From Haliotis cracherodii (Eukaryota): a DNA stretch of 64,000 bases. The stretch lies in NCBI RefSeq assembly GCF_022045235.1, contig NW_027266330.1, forward strand, positions 21,638,001-21,702,000, read 5' to 3'. The position numbers and the translations under genes were made by a program. The notes under the pieces were generated by a model. It was not told the origin of the DNA. It ran no database searches and saw only the letters and a list, made by a program, of their open reading frames with translations. Shown in pieces: positions 1 through 12,145 of the stretch. Each line of letters begins with the position of its first letter. Positions within the stretch are counted from its first letter, which is position 1.

Positions 1-639
1 GATGCAGTGTTCAACTATTGAGGTGTAATGTGACTGTTCTGTACAAACCTGCTATATCCACCAAAACTACTAACTACATTTTATTTGACAACACTGATAT
101 TTTCAAAGTACTAATACCCACCTATGATAGCCATTTTGTGATACTTCTTTCACTTTGTGGTTGAGAATGGTTGGGGAGAATAATTTGTCAAAACATCATT
201 TCTAACTTGTTTCTGTCATAGCTGCAAGTTGTTGTTTGACGAACATCTTTTTGATATTTTGGGATATATTTTCAGTATTCGTTTGGTCCACAACGTTTGA
301 CTGTCAATTATGTCCATTTTCGGGGGAGGTTTAGATGCCATGCAGCGTCATAAATTGGCACTAGTCCTGTTGTCCTTGCCAAAGTGTCCAATAGTTAAGG
401 TATCATAAGGACTAGTAGAAATTTGCCATTTTTAAGTCTTGCTATATGTTCTTATAAGGACTAGTGGACTTTTATATCTAAAAATGTTAGTTTCTACCAC
501 TGCCATGATTGTTTAGGTATATTTATTATCTGCTTGATCCAATGGATAAATAAGCGATTTATTATGATTATCAGTTCATACATTAAACCTGACATGCCCT
601 TTATGTATTGAAATATGATTGTCTACTTTTGTCTTCCAG

Positions 640-1015
640 TAACCAAGGACAATATATAAGTAAAGGAGCTCCTCAGATTGGCTGGACTTCACTCAGAAGA
701 GCTGCTGTCAGACATTCGGCATGAGAACAGTTACACCCAACGCAGTTTACTGCTTTTATCTTTCATGTCTTTTAGAAATCGCAGGTGCCAAAGATCAGTT
801 AGTCGATATTTGTACAGATGTAATTTATTGTAAGGGATCTACAACATTTTTATGCTTCAATAACGTGATCAGCCTTGACCATGCTAACATTTAGTATGCC
901 GACAGGCTTTCATTGCAGTCAATATAACTTTTCACATGATGCGATTTCCAAAAGATGTCACAACGGGTAAGCTTTGAGAAGATCAATAAAGCTTTGAATA
1001 TTATATTGTGTGACT
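640..1015 (+). other. Possible terminal exon / 3' end of an upstream plus-strand gene
   Basis: Pyrimidine-rich acceptors ending at 639 (tttgtcttccAG) and 775 (catgtcttttAG); AATAAA at 985-990 followed by a GT-rich tract; no identifiable peptide. Confidence 0.25.
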
Positions 1016-2440
1016 TTTCGTGTAACATTTCTCCTGACCGGGCCCCTAAGGATTTCAAGGACAGAAGCGGATGATTATAATGTGGAGCTGTGATGATTGT
1101 GTGATCATTCCCAGATGCAAGGATTATTACTGCACATGCTTTCGACCACTGGAGAAGTTACCCCATGGATTTCATTAGGTGAAGGGTCACTTTTGTGATG
1201 CATGCCGTTACAGTACCCACACAAATCACACCCCAAGACATTCAGCTAACTTTCGGCTAGTGTTTTTTGTTGTTGAAAATAAACATTCTCATTCCTCTTC
1301 CAGGCTGATTTATGTACAGGGTGATTAGAACATGTTGGCTCTACATAAATCCTCCCTGTTGGCCAGTAGACTGTGATTAAGGACATGTTTATCATTCGGT
1401 GTTTCTCCATATGCTTGAAGACCCCTTCAGTGATTGGCAAAAGGCACTGTTCTTCTTGATCTGCTCTTGGTATAAAAATGTCACTCAAACTAACCTTTGT
1501 CGGGTTTTTCTTCAAACAGCTGTGATCTCTTAAAGGCGTGTCTATTCTACTGCTAAGGTTGGGGTTTAGGGTAGTTTTGTGGTTAAAGTTGGTACAATCT
1601 GTGCAGCAGCGCTTTGGTCTACATCTATTGACTATTTATACAGATTATCATGGTCCTCAAACATTATACCATGGCTATAGACTACTCATTTCATGCTTGC
1701 AAGTTTGTTGACTGCAATGAGAACCTTAAGCCAATATTAAGTAATTGTTAGATTTTTCATCTCTGCCCAAATTATTATAGATGGCGATAATCTGGTGTTT
1801 TTTTTTCTTTTCTTGATGAAAACAATACATGATTTAAGAATCCCAGCAACATACATGCTTCAGATGTCATTTATTACTAGTCTGCTGTATATATTTGGTG
1901 AAAAATATTGTCTTTTTTCTTGATGTGGTTTCACCAGTGGCCCAGTTGCTGCAATTTGATGTGCAGAGTTGTCCCTTGGGCATGCCACAAACCTATAAAG
2001 GCGGGTTGAATCCTGGTTCAACCCAGTTATGTTTCTAGGTTTGTCAGCACCATACTCATGAGTTTCAAAGTGGCAAACGTCTGAGACATGTATCACTAGG
2101 ACTGACACACGTGATATGACTGGAATATTGTTCAAAGTGCAGTTAAATCCAACTGGACTTTCTGCATCTATTGCTCATCAGCATGTTTTATAAATCCCAC
2201 TGATTGCATTATGAAAACCTTAACATATTGGGAATATTCGTGTCAGCCAAGAAATTAAATGCTTCCTATTTTAATTAAGAAACTGCATAAAAATAATTTA
2301 TTGTGGCCTTGAACGGGTGGATCTGTTCCCACATTGTCAACAGGATTTTTCACTAGGGATCGGGTTCAAGTTAGTTTGCACTCCTTTGGTTACAATCTCT
2401 CAGAGCAGCAATGGATTTTGACTGCCTTACCTGACTCGAG

Positions 2441-2601
2441 GGGCGGTCGGGTAGCCTAGTGGTTAAAGCGTTCGCTCGTCACGCCGAAGACCCGGGTTCG
2501 ATTCCCGACATGGGTACAATGTGTGAAGCCCATTTCTGGTGTCCCCCGCCGTGATATTGCTGGAATATTGCTAAAAGCGGCGTGAAACCATACTCACTCA
2601 C
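2441..2601 (+). mobile_element. SINE family A (tRNA-Asp-like head, (CACT)n tail), full length
   Basis: A box TAGCCTAGTGG, GTC anticodon-like loop, B box GGTTCGATTCC; TSD tacctgact(c/t)gag at 2428-2440 and 2602-2614. Confidence 0.9.
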
Positions 2602-2996
2602 TACCTGACTTGAGTAGACTAAAATTGGGATGTAATTCGTCCAAGGGGGCGTATTGCTAATTAAACCTAAATGACTCGTGCTATTGTTCTTGTAGTTCAT
2701 TCCTAGCCAGGAATTCACTGGCCATTCCGAACATGCCAGTATTATTTGCAATATTATGGAGAAATAACATGGTTAAAGTCTTGAGAGATCACTTAAATCT
2801 GTTGAATCGCATGATTTCTCCATTACGTCGATTGGATATACACCCGTTTTGCGTTTTTCAAAGTGTTATCTTTTGTTGTATACCTGGTGTCTATCCATTA
2901 AATATGTTCTCGGTATTTAAGACGACTAAATCGCAGCATTAAAACATTTTGCTATGAGAGGGCATTCTATATTCCCAGTCTAGCTGTGTGCAAAAT

Positions 2997-3385
2997 CCCG
3001 TGAAGATCCGGGTTAGAATATGTGTTCAGCAACCGATGATGGCCGTAAAAGGTGACAAATTCTCTTGCCAAAACCAAAATATTTAAGATTCACGTCAATC
3101 CCCGTTCCTACGATTCATGTACATTAAACTACATTACGATAGCAGCAATGTTAAAGGCGACTGTGCTTGTATAAGAGGCGACTAACAGGATTGGTTGGTC
3201 AGTCTCGCTGACTTGGTTGATGCATGTCATCGTATCCCAGTTGCGTGGATTGATGCTCTGATGTCCGTCACTGGATTGTCTGGTCAAGACTCGATTATTT
3301 ACAGACCGCCGTCATACAGGTGGAATATTGCGGCTTTCCTCCCACATTAAGGTGACACGCCGTGATATGACTGGAATATTGCTTC
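2997..3385 (+). mobile_element. SINE-like family B copy, interrupted (about 3059-3150) and fused to a family C tail
   Basis: Head cccgtgaagatccgggttagaata; body ggtcagtctcgctgacttggttgatgc; continues into ttcctcccacattaag...gatatgactggaatattgc. Confidence 0.75.
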
Positions 3386-3559
3386 ATCACATCTGCAAAA
3401 TATTATGTGGAGGTTAAAAATATTCCTGATATCACTTAAATAAGCACGCCTCGGAATACGGAAAACCGAAATGCCCAACTAGACGGATCCGTACGGGTTT
3501 TACCATGTGTAAAACTGTGTCGTCAACCTCGTAAAAAGTGTCAAGAGTTGTCTCCCTTT

Positions 3560-4548
3560 GACCGGACAAACACAACGGGTGCAATGATGTCCCGAAAGTA
3601 TAAACCGGTGACTCTGCCATGGACAATATTAAGCGCAGTTCATCCCGCCATTTTGATACCCCCTTATACCATTATGGACCCACCCACATAACGATCATGC
3701 TGTAAGAGGTTAACGTCTATAAAACGCTCATAAGGACGTCTCCAAACTGGATTCCTTCAATCGTGGAGAGAGAACTGCGATTCGTCAGAAAAAAATGAAT
3801 CAGCCCGACGTCGATTATCCCAGTGCTGACGTTCCCTACACCAGTGACGCCTCTGCTTCAAATGACGTGCAGTTAGTTGTGGGATGACACGTGGACGTCG
3901 TGCACGCAAATGCCATCTGTGCAGACGATTTCGCACCACCTGGGCATCTACCCTTACACCACTTGCCTGTTGCAACCGGTCCGTTATCTCGGTGGAAGTT
4001 TACTACCGATGTCTTAATGCCATCGTTCTGACTCGTCTGTCCTGGCCAGGAGTTGTTGTCCTTGGGCGTCCAAAGTGGCGTCGATCATCGACGTTACGTC
4101 TTTGTTGGTATCGGACCCACAATCTGCTGATGACAACTGAGAAACATGTAGCGTTTGGACAATAATATTCTGACCTGTGCCCACCTGCAACCTGCCTATG
4201 TCACGTAGACGTTCAGCACGTGCAAACGTCGCATGATCAATGCTGTTGCTTCCATAGTCGTTATATGTTTTTGATAAAGTGTCTTTGAGAGTTTAGTTCC
4301 AAGAAATTAATATTTGTTGTGACTCGGTTGTGATCTGACAGAGTGACAATGTTAAATATGGCATACCAGCCCTTGCACGTGCCGTCCGGGGTCACGTGCT
4401 TCACGACTGTCACAGTGTTGTGTTTGGGAGCTTGATTTATTCTGAAATGTTTTTGCCACACAAATCACTCACTGTCATTGCCAGACATTGGTGTATTTTC
4501 CTGTAGTTTCACCTCAAAATAAAATACCCCTTACATTTTTTTGCATAG
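3560..4548 (-). mobile_element. Decayed Tc1/mariner DNA transposon (transposase pseudogene, one TIR retained)
   Basis: From ATG at 4234: MRR..AERLR.IGRLQVG, GRPRTTT..QDR, VRNRLH...LRARRP, FSDESQF, VWRR..ER, HDRYVGGSIMV*GGI, G.VTG.YFRDII; stops and frameshifts; TIR-like end about 4520-4548 next to TA; C-terminal DDE part missing. Confidence 0.88.
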
Positions 4549-4814
4549 TATTTATACCATTCGTTGTCTTTGGGATTATTCAATGTAGACTGTAGTCTGT
4601 TTGCGTTATATTACCATTTGTCACATTGAACCACACTGTTTCGTTGACTGCATAGGGGCCTTTGTGCACTCCACTTTTGTGGCTTGGTTCTGTGAGGTAT
4701 GGCAATTTTCCGTTTACGAAATCAGCGCTGTAATGCAACAAAAGCCCATGCTGTTATCGGGAAACAGTAGACCCATAGTAGGCGTGGCCTATCTGTCTTA
4801 CGGTTTTACCATGG

Positions 4815-4987
4815 TCTGATTGACATCATGAGCATCGATCCACTCAATTGGGATACGATGACATGCTTCAACCAAGTCAGCGAGCCTGACCACCCGATCC
4901 CGTTTGTCGCCTCTTACGACAAGCATAGTCGCCTCTTACAGCAAGCATGGGTTGCTGAAGACCTATTCTAACCCGGATCTTCACGGG
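4815..4987 (-). mobile_element. SINE-like family B, 5' part with duplicated hairpin module (separate tail fragment at 5074-5150)
   Basis: Reverse complement reads cccgtgaagatccgggttagaataggtcttcagcaacccatgcttgctgtaagaggcgactatgcttgtcgtaagaggcgac. Confidence 0.85.
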
Positions 4988-5617
4988 TCTAATCATATGC
5001 AAGAGAATTAACCATTCGGTAGGATCACAAGTGTATGAACACATCTTGATCAGATACTGATATGAATAACCAGTGTTTGTTTGTTGTTTAACGCCGCACT
5101 CAGCAATATTCCAGCTATATGACGGCGGTCTGTAAAAAATCGAGTCAGTCAATCCAAGCTCTGTCAGGAACAAGACCGCAGGTGAAAATGAATTTCCGCA
5201 ATTTTACGTCTCTTTTTGTACTACATAATAACACCGTCTATACCAGAGTTACCGCCCTTTGTGTATGGCTTGCTCAAAGAGAAGTCAATTCCGTTGCTTT
5301 TCACACCGTTAAAACAAACGAAATGTCTTTTATCTTCGATGGCCATCACGAAGATAGTATAACTATTAATATATCTTAACTGAAAACGTTAAGGGTAAAT
5401 AAATTTTGTAAATAATTAGAAAGTAAGAAATTTTTCCCCGTTGTATTTTGATGGTTATATGGCGAATACAAGTGCATAAATTATATCATAATTATCCAGT
5501 AAACCGTAACTATTTTTCCAGGTTTGTACCCGTATATTATTGGCAACCTCGTGTTCACGTAATTCAATGTTTTGAAATCTGATCGGTTAGAAATCTATCA
5601 CAGGTTCATAGCTTGCT

Positions 5618-5780
5618 GGGGCAGTCGGGTAGTCTAGTGGTTAAAGCGTTCGCTCGTCACGCCAAAGATCCGGGTTCGATTCCCGACATGGGTACAATGT
5701 GTGAAGCCCATTTCAGGTGTCCCCCGCCGTGATATTGCTGGAATATTGCTAAAAGCGGCGTAAGACCATACTCACTCACT
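5618..5780 (+). mobile_element. SINE family A, full length
   Basis: Near-identical to 2441-2601; degenerate TSD catagcttgct / cttagcttcct. Confidence 0.9.
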
Positions 5781-6102
5781 CTTAGCTTCCTGCTTTGGAG
5801 CTTCATCGCACGTTATTCGTAAAATAATCTTGTCAAAGCCATGTTATACGTTACGCTTATTGTTGAGATAAACGATCTTTAAACTTTTTCAATACTTTTC
5901 CATTGATCGTAATTCATCGTTCTATGGAATAGAATATAGAGTTACGCAACTTAAGCATCAGATCTAGATTAATCATACCTTCGTCCTTTATCACACACAT
6001 CACAATCCCTTGACAGGTTGTTATTTAGCTATATTTTTGTGAATGTGTGATCAGAACTGACCTACGTGTTTCGGTGACGCCCACACGTTAACTTAGTGAC
6101 AG

Positions 6103-6135
6103 CACGGACCTGTATAACTGTTATACAGGTCCGTG
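6103..6135. mobile_element. 33-bp perfect palindrome with 7-bp direct repeats (TIR-only element)
   Basis: cacggacctgtataac-t-gttatacaggtccgtg flanked by gtgacag at 6096-6102 and 6136-6142. Confidence 0.75.
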
Positions 6136-6903
6136 GTGACAGCCACCTTGGATCGAAATGAAGTTACTGACATTGGCTCAAGATTAGTGTTTTGCATTTT
6201 AAAGTTTATTTAGTCTGATGAATTACGTACAGATGAACCTCAAATCGTATTTTATGCTATGTTAAGACGTGTTAAAGTTGCTGTTAATTCTGACATCAGG
6301 AACTGTGTTATCTTCGCTGATGTATTCATGCGCGGCATTTAGCATCACTATTTATGAACGTGTTTTTTTAAATATGACATCCAGTGCAAAAGTCAAGTCG
6401 TATCAGTGATCAGTTTGTGGTATTGGATATCTTATTTCTCAGATAAATTCCAATTGCCTTCTGACATGTGTAATCTTCCTCTTTGAATTGTCCATCGTGA
6501 TTCCCAGTCGATGTTGTTTGTTGTTATTACGTCACCAACAGGGACGTAGCAGGACGTACTTGTTTATTTTGTGATACTGGCAGGCAATTATAGAATCAAT
6601 TAGACGTTATTTATTGAGAGGTATAAAAACTCATTTTTAAACCAAATTACCTCCTGGGGTTGTTCGCCTTCCACTTCATGTCAGTGGTTTAACGTTGTGA
6701 AAGTAGATATCCTTAAGGGAATAAGGAAGTACGGGACGCCATTTCTCGTCATTTGATTGGTCTTAAACGGACGTTGCCATTTTCTCACAGATATAAATAC
6801 CATGAGCTCCATACTGGTTCATTCTAACTTTGGCACTCTAGATGTCAGATTCAGTCCATGGCCAGATAATTCAGCACGAAAGTTCATTGGACCTCCATTA
6901 TCG

Positions 6904-7113
6904 CATCTTCCCGAGGCAAGAGAGTTAACTGATTTTAAAAGTCCAGTTTCCACCCTTGCCGAACTAGGCTGGAATTATTGGGCTAGATCGTAGCGCCACC
7001 AGTGGCTATTACGTGTTATGTCCCTTTTAAGCCTCTCCTATGGACCAATCAGATTCCACCTCTCGTATCACTTGCGTTTGCTTCACATAAAAATGGTGGC
7101 GCCCAGTCAGGAC
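6904..7113. mobile_element. One-ended copy of the 10574-11118 MITE
   Basis: Reverse-complement match to about 10908-11118. Confidence 0.85.
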
Positions 7114-9720
7114 CAGACAGTCGAGTGATTGACATCATGATCATCGATACTTGCAATTGGGGTACGAAGACATACATGCATGATGATAACGCTTAACAAG
7201 GTTTTGTCAGAACACGTTTTTTTAGAGTCTTTTTATATAATCTACAGGCCCGTGTTCCCTGAAAACACCCCTGGAAGCTGGTATTGCTGTTTTCTTCTGC
7301 AATAGCAGCTGGTGTTCACAATAACCAAATTAATGGACAGTACTGGGGTCATTTTGCAAACACAATAAAGTACGTTTATAACGAACATGCTTATAGCGAA
7401 TGGGGTGGGGCAAATGTCGGATGGTCGAGGTGACACTTGTGAAGACTTTGCAATCGTATTTGACGCGCCGTTTCCGTGCTAATTTGTTTAGGACATGGTT
7501 ATTGTCTAAAAGGGTCACCATATAATCACTTAACCGGGGCACTGTAGGGGGACAATGCCAAGAGTAACAAACCTTTATAGCCATACTGCATAAAATCTGA
7601 AGTCAGTATACGTTTCAACAATCGCTCTCATGTGATTTCTGAATTGCCTTGTTAACAATGATCATCGGCGAATGCTAAACTATTACCTTGATTACCGTGT
7701 AGTGCTTCCATTGAGGTGATCCACGGCCCACGGGACCGTGAAACGGGATCGGGTGGTCACTGGATTGTCTGTCCCAGACACGTTAGCTGGGGTTTTGCTG
7801 AGCGCGCCCCCCTAAAGCAGGATAGTGATATTACTGAACACCGGACTCATATATATAAAATAAACAAGGTACGCCACTCGCCATCTTGGCCGAAGTTGAA
7901 ATCTGCTGTATCGTTTGAATGAAATGGAAGTGTACGCATGTCATGTTCACTACACCCCCACCTCCCTCCACATACGCACTGCGTGCCACAAAAATTCTTT
8001 TGTCGCAATTTATTACCTATATTGGGTGATTTTATCGACATATTGGCACAATCGCGCTAATTGGGAATGAAGTAATCAAAATTTCCGCGCTCATTGGCGT
8101 CGAGCGCTCTCATCGGTCCGCGCTCCAACCATAACAAACACCCAAGGTGATATTTACCAATCAGAGCGCTGGACGCCATTGAGCGCTGACGACAAGAACG
8201 CTGAGTGACAAGCAGAAGAAAAGCTGTGCTATCCAAACTAGACTGGGTAACAGTCCTCGAAATATCCATCCTATGCGGCAATTGTTTTTAAACCAGGTGG
8301 ATTTGTTTTCTTTTCCAAATTCCGGACAGCCCAAACATCAGCTTACACGGTCGTCTTGTCATCCAACTTGCATATTGAGGTAGTCTCTCAACCCCCGTCA
8401 GAGCTTCTAATTAATTTAATAAGCTTATTTCCTCTTTCTGTGCGTGCGATTTCGGTGGAAAAGAGCCCCCCCGAGATAATCAATTCAATCAAAGAGCAAA
8501 ACTCATGTACTTCAAATTGTCAACGATGTAAATTATGAAACCATATTGAAGTGTCTGTCCTTCACGTTTCCTAACAAAGGGTTTCTCACTAATACGTTTC
8601 CACAAATCAGCCGAAATTTGAGCAAAACAGTCTTGCAACACTGCAAACTTGGATTCGTCTTGCTACATCTTCTCTGGACGAAGCAAGCGTGGATAAAATA
8701 TCGTCCAGCTTCAGCTTGTTGTCAGACGTGCTGGCAATTTTTCAAAATTACAACATGGCGGACAAAATACGTATAAACAGTATGGAAGCCAAAGGCTCTG
8801 GCAAGGTCTATTATCGGGTGTGAGAATGAACTTCCCACTTACTTACTTACTTACTTACTATTGGAGATTTAACATGCACTTTCCGACATTATGCGTATTT
8901 CGCACACGGAACTTCCCGCAATTTGACGAGACTTTTATATTACATAGCAGCGCCCTCTATACCAGAGTTAGTTCCCTTTGAGAATGGCTCGCCCACCAAA
9001 GAGAATTTCATAAAATTGTGATTGACATCGTTCAAAAGAAATGAATTTCATTTACCCTGCCTGGCGCTTGGCTTTAAGGGGATAAACTAAGGACGGGTCG
9101 GCTTTGACTCAGCACGTTGTGTCTGAGGGGGTTATCTTCGCACGCAGGCACACAGGCAAATTCAAGTTAGAATATGTTTTCAACAACTCATGCTTGTCCT
9201 AAGAGGTGATGCATGTTATGGTATCCGAAATGCTTGATTCGATGCTCATGATATCAATCGTTTGATTGCCTGGTCTAGACTCTAATATAATATATCTCGT
9301 CATATAACTGGAATATTGCTCAGTGCGGCGTTATATAAACAAATAAACAAACCTAATTACAGCTGATCCTATAGTGGTGAAGGGACACAACTCTACCCAG
9401 CGACTTCTGACGCCTTGGATCCCTGGCCGGTCCTGCTCCTACACACTTTACATTGTGTAAAAGAGCAAAATCGATGTCAATGAAACGTGAAAGATGCGTA
9501 CGTAAAAGGAGTCGACGATGCTTTGGTTGACCGGTGTAAAATGTTTCTGACAGGACTGAGTGAATATTGAAAACTGTCACTGTAGTAATCCGTCCCGGGA
9601 AGATAAGAATTAAAGAAAGAAACTGCTCCATTTGTGGACCAGTTAACATAAATGACGGAGTATGTGAGTGACAACTGGATGAATGGAGTGTAGTCTGTTG
9701 TTTCATGCCGAAAGTACGGC

Positions 9721-9871
9721 GCTAGGGTAGCCTGGTGGTTGAAGCGGTCGCTCGTCACGCAGAAGACCATGGTTCGATTCCTCACATGGGTACAGGGCGT
9801 GAAGCCCATGTCTGGTGTCCCCTGTCGTGATATTACTGGTTGCTAAAAGCGGCGAAAATTCTTACTCACTC
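9721..9871 (+). mobile_element. SINE family A, diverged
   Basis: Aligns by eye to the family A copies. Confidence 0.8.
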
Positions 9872-10454
9872 AACTTCGGCTTGTAAATAATCGTGTCTGG
9901 ACAGGAAATATACAGTGATTGATATTATGAGCAACAATTTTTGTTATTTGATCGATTGTTGCCCAAACCTCTCTCAACAATATTCCAGCTATTTGACGGC
10001 TGCCTATAAACAAACGAGTCTGAACAAGAAAATCGGGTGATTGATATCTCGACAAGCGTTCTACGCCGAGGGGGTACGATAATACACAACCACCCTCGTC
10101 AAGGAGCCCGACCCACCGGTCCATTAAGCTGTACTGTCGACAAGCATGTAGGTTGCTGGGGCTGTTATAGCCTGGAATGGCATAATTGACGACACACATA
10201 TGGAATAATTGATAAGCTTAAATCGTGAGTGAGTTTATTTTGTGCCGCTTTGTTGAGGATTTCCGTGACATCACGGCGTGATATGGGGGGAAAGCTCCAA
10301 ATGTCGCAGGTCATCTGTGTAAACCCCTAAGACACCCTTGAACACGGATATGGTGCTGAAAAACACAAGAAAGCTACGCAGGGCGAATCGATGATCCATA
10401 ATTATAGTATTAGGTTACACCTCCTAGGCAATTCACCTGTGCCCTCAATAAATG

Positions 10455-11325
10455 CGTGGTGGTGAGGTGAAATGCGGTGTAACGTCGCGTTCAAGATAAT
10501 TGCACTTTCATAGCAACGCCCGCGCGCCCGTGTCTGTGTGTCTGTGTAGGCTTGTACTAGTCCGGTTTTTGAACATCTTTCCGAGGCAAGTGAGTTAACT
10601 GACTATAAAAGTCCAGTTTCCACCCTTGCCGAACTAGGCTGGTATTATGGAGTTACATTTTGGCTGGACTAACGAGTCTATGCATAGTCCAATCAAAATC
10701 GCGCACCGAAATCGAAATCCGGTTCGTAAAGTGTCGTGCAGATTTCGGTCGACTGCAGCATTTGCAAAGCATGTGCACCGCTAACTCGTTGTCAACAGAT
10801 ATTTTCTAAATCTTTTCATGTTTTTAATCAAGGTGTTCACGTGATTTGATGCACTTCGCGATGTAAGATTCGTTTTATCACAATATAGATCTTGATTATC
10901 GATCAGATCGTCTTGACTGGGCGCCACCGTTTTGTTTGAAGCAAATGCAAGTGATACGAGAGGTTGAATCTGATTGGCCAGTAGGAGAGGCATAGAAAGG
11001 ACATAACTCGCAATAGCCACTGGTGGCGCTACGATCGAGCCCAGGAATTCCAGCCCAGTTCGGCAAGGGTGGAAACTGGACTTTTAAAATCAGTTAACTC
11101 TCTTGCCTCGGGAAGATGGTTTTGAAGAGCTACCCCACTAAGACACCATGCCGCAGTTTAACAGGGATGTCCCGTGTAGACACAGTATATTGATTCCCAG
11201 CCGACCAGTGCTTGTTTTATCCCTTCAACGCCGAGCGCCAGGCAGGGTAACAACAAGTCCCATCTTTTAACATCTTTTGGTATGACGCGGCCGGGGATCG
11301 AACCACCGACCTCCCCCTCCCCGGA
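10455..11325 (-). mobile_element. SINE family D copy split by a MITE
   Basis: 10455-10573 matches the tail half and 11127-11325 the head half of 22700-23112. Confidence 0.75.
10574..11118. mobile_element. MITE with about 70-bp TIRs and 8-bp TSD (P- or hAT-type)
   Basis: TIR catctt(t/c)ccgaggcaag(t/a)gagttaactga...gccgaact(a/g)ggctgg at both ends; TSD tttttgaa (10566-73) / gttttgaa (11119-26). Confidence 0.88.
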
Positions 11326-11394
11326 CAGTCTCTCGGTTGTAACAGTAAACAGCGGGGCCATCATACATGGACAACAAACCCGTCGTGATGTTTG

Positions 11395-11555
11395 GGGGGG
11401 TAATCTGGAGGCTAAAGCGTTCGATCGTCACGACGAAAACCCAGTTCGATTTCCCACATGGGTGCAATGTCTGAAGCCCATTTCTGGTGTCCCCCGCCGT
11501 GATGTTACTGGAATACTGTAAAAAGCGACGTAAAATCCATACTCACTCAATCACC
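11395..11555 (+). mobile_element. SINE family A, diverged
   Basis: Aligns by eye to the family A copies. Confidence 0.8.
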
Positions 11556-12145
11556 CATCAAACATGACAAGCGAGTATTCACTACCCAACTCAGTTTGCA
11601 CATTTGGAAATCTTATACGCTAGACATATCTCTTGACATGGCTCAGATATCACTGGCGCTCGCCCGCTCTTTTAAATCACTCGTTATAATACGGACACCT
11701 CGTAACTCCGGACCATTTACTACTCCACTGATAGGGATATGTTCATCTTTCCATGATACTCAAAACTAATTCTCATATCATGTCGAGTGTATATTTAAAT
11801 AGAATGGCATATCTTATTATCCCTATCAGTCGTAGTACCTTTGTAGTACATAAACACCTTTGTCATATTATTTTTTTGGATGAGTGACAACATCGTTTTT
11901 AACATTATTCCACCAGAAAACAGGTTTTTCACGCATCGAACCCACGTGCGGATTCGAACCCGGGTCTTCTACCTCATGCACTGACGATTTAACCACTGGG
12001 CTACCCCACTGCACATTTGTGGTCATGGCGGCGGGCTTGCATGGCTTACTGTCAGCTGATTAATATAAAAAACAAAGAACACATCTTGATACAAGTAAAG
12101 TTTAATCAAAGTGGGTCACTACATAACAAGTTAAGGTTTAACATT

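Noticed and set aside
2441-2512. tRNA-Asp-like sequence
   Set aside because: No proper acceptor stem; fused to a SINE body and tail, flanked by TSDs and present in many copies
11820-11830. tccctatcagt resembles half of a tet operator
   Set aside because: Chance match within an inverted-repeat arm; no vector context
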